From an uncultured Planctomycetia bacterium (lineage in GTDB: Bacteria > Omnitrophota > Gorgyraeia > 2-02-FULL-51-18), in contig CAYSKO010000008.1 in NCBI GenBank assembly GCA_964431835.1, positions 26,622 to 90,621 on the forward strand: 64,000 nucleotides of DNA, written 5' to 3'. Positions 21,501 to 27,500 of the stretch are shown here, one piece after another. Position 1 is the first letter of the stretch. Every line of letters starts with the position of its first letter. The position numbers and the translations under genes were made by a program. The notes under the pieces are model-generated. The model saw nothing but the letters and a program-made list of their open reading frames with translations, was not told the origin of the DNA and searched no databases.

Positions 21501-24500
21501 CGCGTCCATCGACGAGGAACTGGGCAGCGCCTCGGTCAAACAGTCGTACGTCATGACGCTTAAGAACGGCGACCGCCGCGCGATCAAGTACGTTCGCCCG
21601 CTCGCGGAGTTCGAGATGGTCGAAAATCTGGCGATCATGCGCAACGCCATCCAGCGGCTCAGGTTCCGGATTCCCGCCCTGAAAGAGCGTGTATCCGACT
21701 CGCTGCTCGACGAGATCGAGAAGTCTGTCCAACGCGAGCTTGACATCCGTCAGGAAGTCTTGAGCCAGCGCGAGCTCGGCCGTTTCTCGAGAGGGGAGCG
21801 TCACGGCGGGTGGACGCTCAAAGTCCCCCGCGTCGACGGCCGTTTCGTCGGTTCGCGGTACTTCGCGGACGAATACGTGGTCGGCGAAGCTCCGAAAGCC
21901 GCGTTCATCGCCGCCGCCGGCGAAAAGACGGCCGCCGCGTTCGCCGGCCTTACGCTCAAGACGGTGGTCAAGCAGGCGCTCCTCTTTGGCAAATACCACG
22001 GCGACCTGAACCGCGGCAATCTCAAGTTTGACGTTCCGGGCACCACCGCGCACCTCATCGACTTCGGCAACACGGCGACGCTTTCCAGGGCGAATCAGGA
22101 CGCCTTCGTGCTGCTTATGGACGCTCTGGCGGCTTCCCACGCACCGGACGCGCTGGCCGCGCTGAGGCGTCTGGCGCCCGCGGGATTGTCTCCCGCGCTC
22201 GAGGCGAAAATCGGCGCTGTGGCGGTGCTGGCCGACGTTCCGGCGGGCGCGAAGATCCAACGCGTGAAAGCCGTGATTGAAGGAGAGGGCGGAAAACTCG
22301 AACCGCAGATCGACTATTTCCTTAAAGTTCTCGAGACGCTTTCTTACCTCACGGGAAACGTCTCCAAAGACCAGATCGCCGAAATCTTCGCGGCGGCGGT
22401 CGTTCGCCGCCAGCTTTCCGTCCGGAACCTGTTCACCCCGACGACCTGGAAGTTCATCTCGCGCCGCCTTTTCGGTTCGTCCGCTCCGGTTCCCGCTCCG
22501 GGCGCGCCCCTGGCTGCCGAGGGTACGGCGGAAATTCCGTCCGTGGCGGCGATTCCGGAGAGCCCGAAGGCACCGGCCTCGAGCGAGCGCGGCGATTCAC
22601 CGGTCGGGGCGCGCATGGCCGAAGCGAAATCCGCCGCCCTCACTCCCGAGGGAGAAGCGCTCAAGCTTCTTGCGCTGTACCGCATCGGCGAGGGGTCTGG
22701 CGACTCCAAGGACGCGAACCGGTTCGCTTTTTCACCCGGAGGATCCCGCCTCCTTCACCGGGATAGGGGCCGCGTCTCGGTGATCGATCCCGCGACCGGA
22801 AAAACGGTTTCGATCGAGCTTCCGGGCGGCTACGAGTGGGCTTCGTTCCGCGGCGAGAACGTGCTCTACGTGTCCTTTCAGGACAAAACCGAACGCGTGT
22901 ATGCGCTTCGGGGGAACGAGATCGTGCAGACCATCGAGGATGAAGACGAACCCGTTTTATCGGCGGGAGGCCTGTTGAGCGTCGGCGGGGGCCGGTCTCT
23001 CTCGTTCTCCGACGACGGAAGTCTCATCTTGGTGGTGTCGGACACCGGTTACTCCGTCCGTCTATCTTCTACGGGGGAGACGCTGGCGATTCCCGACGCG
23101 CGAAAACCCAAGAAGGTGGAGCTGTCGGGAAATTACGTCGTCGTGAGCTTCGACGGCGGCCGCCATGCGATTTACCTCGTCGCGGAAAACAAGTTGTCGG
23201 TCGCTCTCACCGACGATGTCCTCGGAGTCCCTTCCATTGAAAGAGGCTACGCGTACGCCGTTCCTGCCGACGGAAGGGCCCGTGTCTGGGAGTTGGTGAC
23301 CGGCCGCCGTGCACTCGATTTGGAAGGAAGAATCAATCAGGTTAAAATTCTCGACGGGCGGTGGGCGGTCACTGTCGGAGCCAACGACGATACGGCGAAG
23401 CCGGGCTCGCTCGAGATGCAGCTTTACGACCTTCGGACGGGCGAGAATTTCGGAAGGAAGATCGCGCCGGAGGCCCGCGATTTCGCAGTCGACGGGAACG
23501 GCAGGTACGTCGACGTCTTCCTCGAAAACGAAAGGCGCCTGTTCGACTCCGAGACGGGAGCGGATCTAAGCCCCGTCGTTCGCCCCGGATACGACGAACT
23601 CTCTATCCGTGGGAACCGCGCGCTCGTTAAATACGGGCCGGCCGCCCGGATGAACGCGTTCGACGGACGGTACGAGACTTTGTACCGCCTGATCGATCTC
23701 GAAACGGGCAAGGAAATAACGGTCGAAGGGCTCGAAGCGGCGCAGCGGGCAACTCTCGCGCCCGACGGCTCTGCGCTCATTTTTAGAAATGCCGCGTCGG
23801 ACTCGATTCTTGCCGACGTGTCGGGAAAGACGGTCGACCGTTTCGGCACGGCGGGCCGCAAGCTTTACTCGGCGGGTTTCCTGCCGTCGGGCGTCGTCGA
23901 AACGAAAGACCAGAACAACAGGTCCCATCTTTTCGATCTGAAGACGGGCAATTCGCTCGATTCTCTGACGGGGCCGCAGGCGACGCAGCCCGTCGTGTCG
24001 TCCGACGGAAAGCGCGTCGTGGTCATGGATTCCAGCCGGTATTTCCGCCTGGTGGACATCGAGACGATGCGCCGGAATCCCGTTCTCGCTCCGCACGCGG
24101 CCAGGTGGGGCCGGAGCGCCCACTTCGCGCTCGAAATCCTCGCACAGCTGAAACGCGAAGGCCGCTTGGACACCGCCGCCGATCTCGAACGCCTCTTGCC
24201 GCGCGTGACCGAAGCGATCGAGCGTTACGAGGCGGCGGTCACGGATTACAACCGCGACCGCGTCGTGGGTCTTTTCCTGGACGGCAACAGCGTGCTCAGT
24301 GCACCGGTCCTCGAACGCGTGACGGCGAGCGGCGGCGACTCACTCGAATTTTTCCTTTTCTGCATCGAGCTCATGGAATCCGATCGCCGCCTAGCTTTCC
24401 AGATCTTAGACGGCGTCTTCACGGCGGCCAAGAGCGAGGGGCTCGCTTTCGAGGAGAATTCCGCAGTCACCGCGAAGCTCCCCAACGACGAGCGCGAGCG

Positions 24501-27500
24501 GATCCGGCGTTTCGTGGCGCTTACACGCAATTTCAACCCCGAGCTTTACCGCTATTTCCTTGCGACGAGCGAAGCCAAGCTGAAAGAGCTTCTTTTGTTC
24601 TCCGAAAAGATCCTTTCCGACGAAGCGGGAATGCCCGAGATCGAGGCTTTTCTGGCTCGAGCGGCGGGCGAGAAGGACTCCAAAGGACGGCCGTTCGACG
24701 GCGAGCAGCTCCTCTATGCCGTGGTCCAGCGGGCGATCCCGCCTTCCGGCGCTTCGTTTGTCCGGCAGACCGAAGCGCTCGGACTCATGAAAAAATACCT
24801 CGAAGCGGCTCGCGAACGCGACCCACGCGGAGACGTTCCGACCTCGCTCAAAGCCCTCGGAAGGTTCGGCGGCGGCGAAGTGCGGCGCATGGTCTGGCGC
24901 CGCCGCGCGGACGCGGGCGACACCTGGAGCCCTGAAGTGGCGGCTCTGATCGACGCGCTCCGGTATCCCGACGCCGCGCGTCCGACGGACGAGCTTAAGG
25001 CCGTCGTCGCCTCCGACCGCGCGCGCCTTTCCGCCGCGCTCACGGATTTGCTCAAGGATTTCGATAACGACGCCAAGCGGGACGAGGCGCTCGCGGCGTT
25101 CCTTGCGCACGCTGCCCACAGCGACGCGCTGAAAGAGAAGGTCGACCGGATCCAGACAGGAGAACGTGCCGGGCTTCGCGCCCTCGACGAGCTCTTTTTC
25201 GACAAGGACAATCTTGCGATCCTCCTCAACGAAATCCTCGCTGATTTCAATCTCGAAGGGGAAGGAGCCGTCCGCGATGGCAAGCGGCTCGCCCGGTCGT
25301 TGGGCTCGATTTGGGCCCTCCCGCTGGGCGAAGGCGCCCGGCGTGCGCGGCTCGGGATCGCGCTCGCTCCCGTGCGAAACGACGAGGTCCGGTCGAAGAT
25401 TCTCTCTGCTCTGCCGGACGTCCCCGGACTGCGCGCGGAAGTCGAAAAACTGCTCGACTCTCGCGTGAAGCTGCCGGGCGGTCTGATCGACCGTCTCTTC
25501 GAGAAACCGCGGGCGGCGATCTCCCTGGAGTCCGAGCGCTACGTCGAGATCCCTTCGGACAAAGCGGTCCGTGTTCGTTTCCAGGTCGTGAAGGGGCCCT
25601 TGTACGGGATGTGGGGCTTGAACGCGGGCGTTTGCATCGCGGCCGACGTCGCTCTCTGGAAGAGGCCGGAATTCTTCCTCCTGGCGATGATCGACGAGGA
25701 AACCGGCAGCGCGGTCGGGTTCACTCATCTTTTTACCAAGGATTTCGAGGTGGATGGAAAGACGAGCCGCCACCTGACGGTTCCCGGCATCAATCCGAGC
25801 ACGGAAATCCTCTCCGAAGTCCGCGCCTCGGAGCTTTACCCCATGGTCGAGGGGGCGCTCCGAACCGTCGCCGCTGCGGAGGGATACGACCAGATCGATC
25901 TACCGACGGACAAGAACGTGCTTTCGAACCGCAGCGACATCGTCGATCAGGCGGTCCGCAGCGGTTACGACAAAGACGACCTGCCTGAGGAGGTGGGTTG
26001 GAACTCCGTGCCGCAGCCTTACCCCTTCAAGAACGTTTTTGTGATTCCCAAGGGCGCGCGCATGTCCGGAGAGGCCCTTTCGCCCGAAGCCCGTACGGCC
26101 GCTCTCGCTTCGCGGCTCGAGACCGCCTTCCGATCGCTCGGCGAGAGCGCTCCCACCGGCGTGCGTCCCGACACCTTCGCGTTCTTCCGCAGCGCGCGTC
26201 CGACCGCGTTCGACGCTTTCGCCCGCCGTGTGGTGGAGAGTGACGACGCCCTCCTGGACCTGCGTTCGCCCGCCGTCGTGAGGATGGTTTTCCCCGTGAA
26301 AGGACGCGACAGCGTCGTTGTCCGCGTCGGCCGCGAAGGCCTCGATTTCCAGCAAGGCTCCGTTTACAAGATGCTTCCGATCGAGACCGGCGGCGCGACG
26401 AGGATCCCGTTGTCCGGCGTCCGGGCGCGCGACCCCGACGGAACCGTAAAACCGCTCTTCGATTTCCTTGCGGACTTCGGGGTTCCCGCCGAGACCGTCG
26501 CGAAAGCCCGGCTCCAGAGCCTTTCGTTCGAACACGGTTACCACCTCGAAATCGCGGCGGACGGTTCCCTCTCTCTTCCGGACCGCACGACCGGAGACGT
26601 CCAGCGCGCGCAGCTGCGCTTCGACCGGGACGGCGATCTCGTCAGCCGCCATTTCGAGGTCCCCCAGACGCCATCGTCCGAGATCCGGAACGGCCGGATC
26701 GTGTCCCTGGCGGGACACACGCACGGCATCACCGGCGACGACTTCATCTCCGAATTCACGAGCATCGACGTGGGCGTCACGTCCGTGAACGTGGTCAAAT
26801 TGCTCGATGCGCGGAAGCCTGGAGATCCCGCGGCTCTCACGCTCGCCGAGTTCCTGATCACGGAGCGCGTCGTCGGTGAGTTCGAATTCCGCGCGCTGGT
26901 CGTCGAGGTGGAGCCCGATCCGTCCGACCCGAGCGTACCCGCGACCGTGCGCCGGTTCGCGCTTAAGCACGACGCGGCGACCGGCTGGGCGATCGAAACG
27001 ACCGACGACGGCGAGCCGCTCGATTTCAACACCACCGTCGCCGAGCTGCGGGAGGACGTCGAGACGGGCGCCCGCATGGCCGACGAGCGGAAGGCCGAGC
27101 TCGATTATTTCTTCGAGGAGAACTTCATCACCTCCGGCGCCGTCGCCGACGGGAGCATCTTCGACAAGACGCCGATGGAGGTCGTGCACCGCTCGTTCGC
27201 GGAGATCGAAAAGCTCCGCCCGCTCCGGGACGCGCATTACCTGTCGATCGGCGCGGGCGACCTGCGCGACGCGTTCACGGCCGCGTACGTCCACGGAATG
27301 CGCGTGACGGCGATCGAAAAGGACCCGCGCGTGGCCGCCGGAAGCCGCGAGATTCTCGGATTCCCCGACGCCGCGAAGTTTCATGAAGACCGTTTCGAGT
27401 TCAAGGAAGGGGACGCGCTCGCCGAGTCGTGGAGCGACAAGGACGTCGTCTCGTTCTTCTACACGGAGCCGCCGAGTCTCGCGGAAGCGGCCGCTTTCCG

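Noticed and set aside
18361-22260. 1299-aa ORF on the minus strand antisense to giant gene B. Similar long antisense ORFs occur at 80-1621, 1703-3076, 3341-4615, 6284-7906, 29400-31772 and 62400-63830.
   Set aside because: High GC depletes stop codons in antisense frames. These translations are Arg/Gly/Ala/Pro-rich with no motifs, whereas the sense strand carries clear codon bias and recognisable domains.
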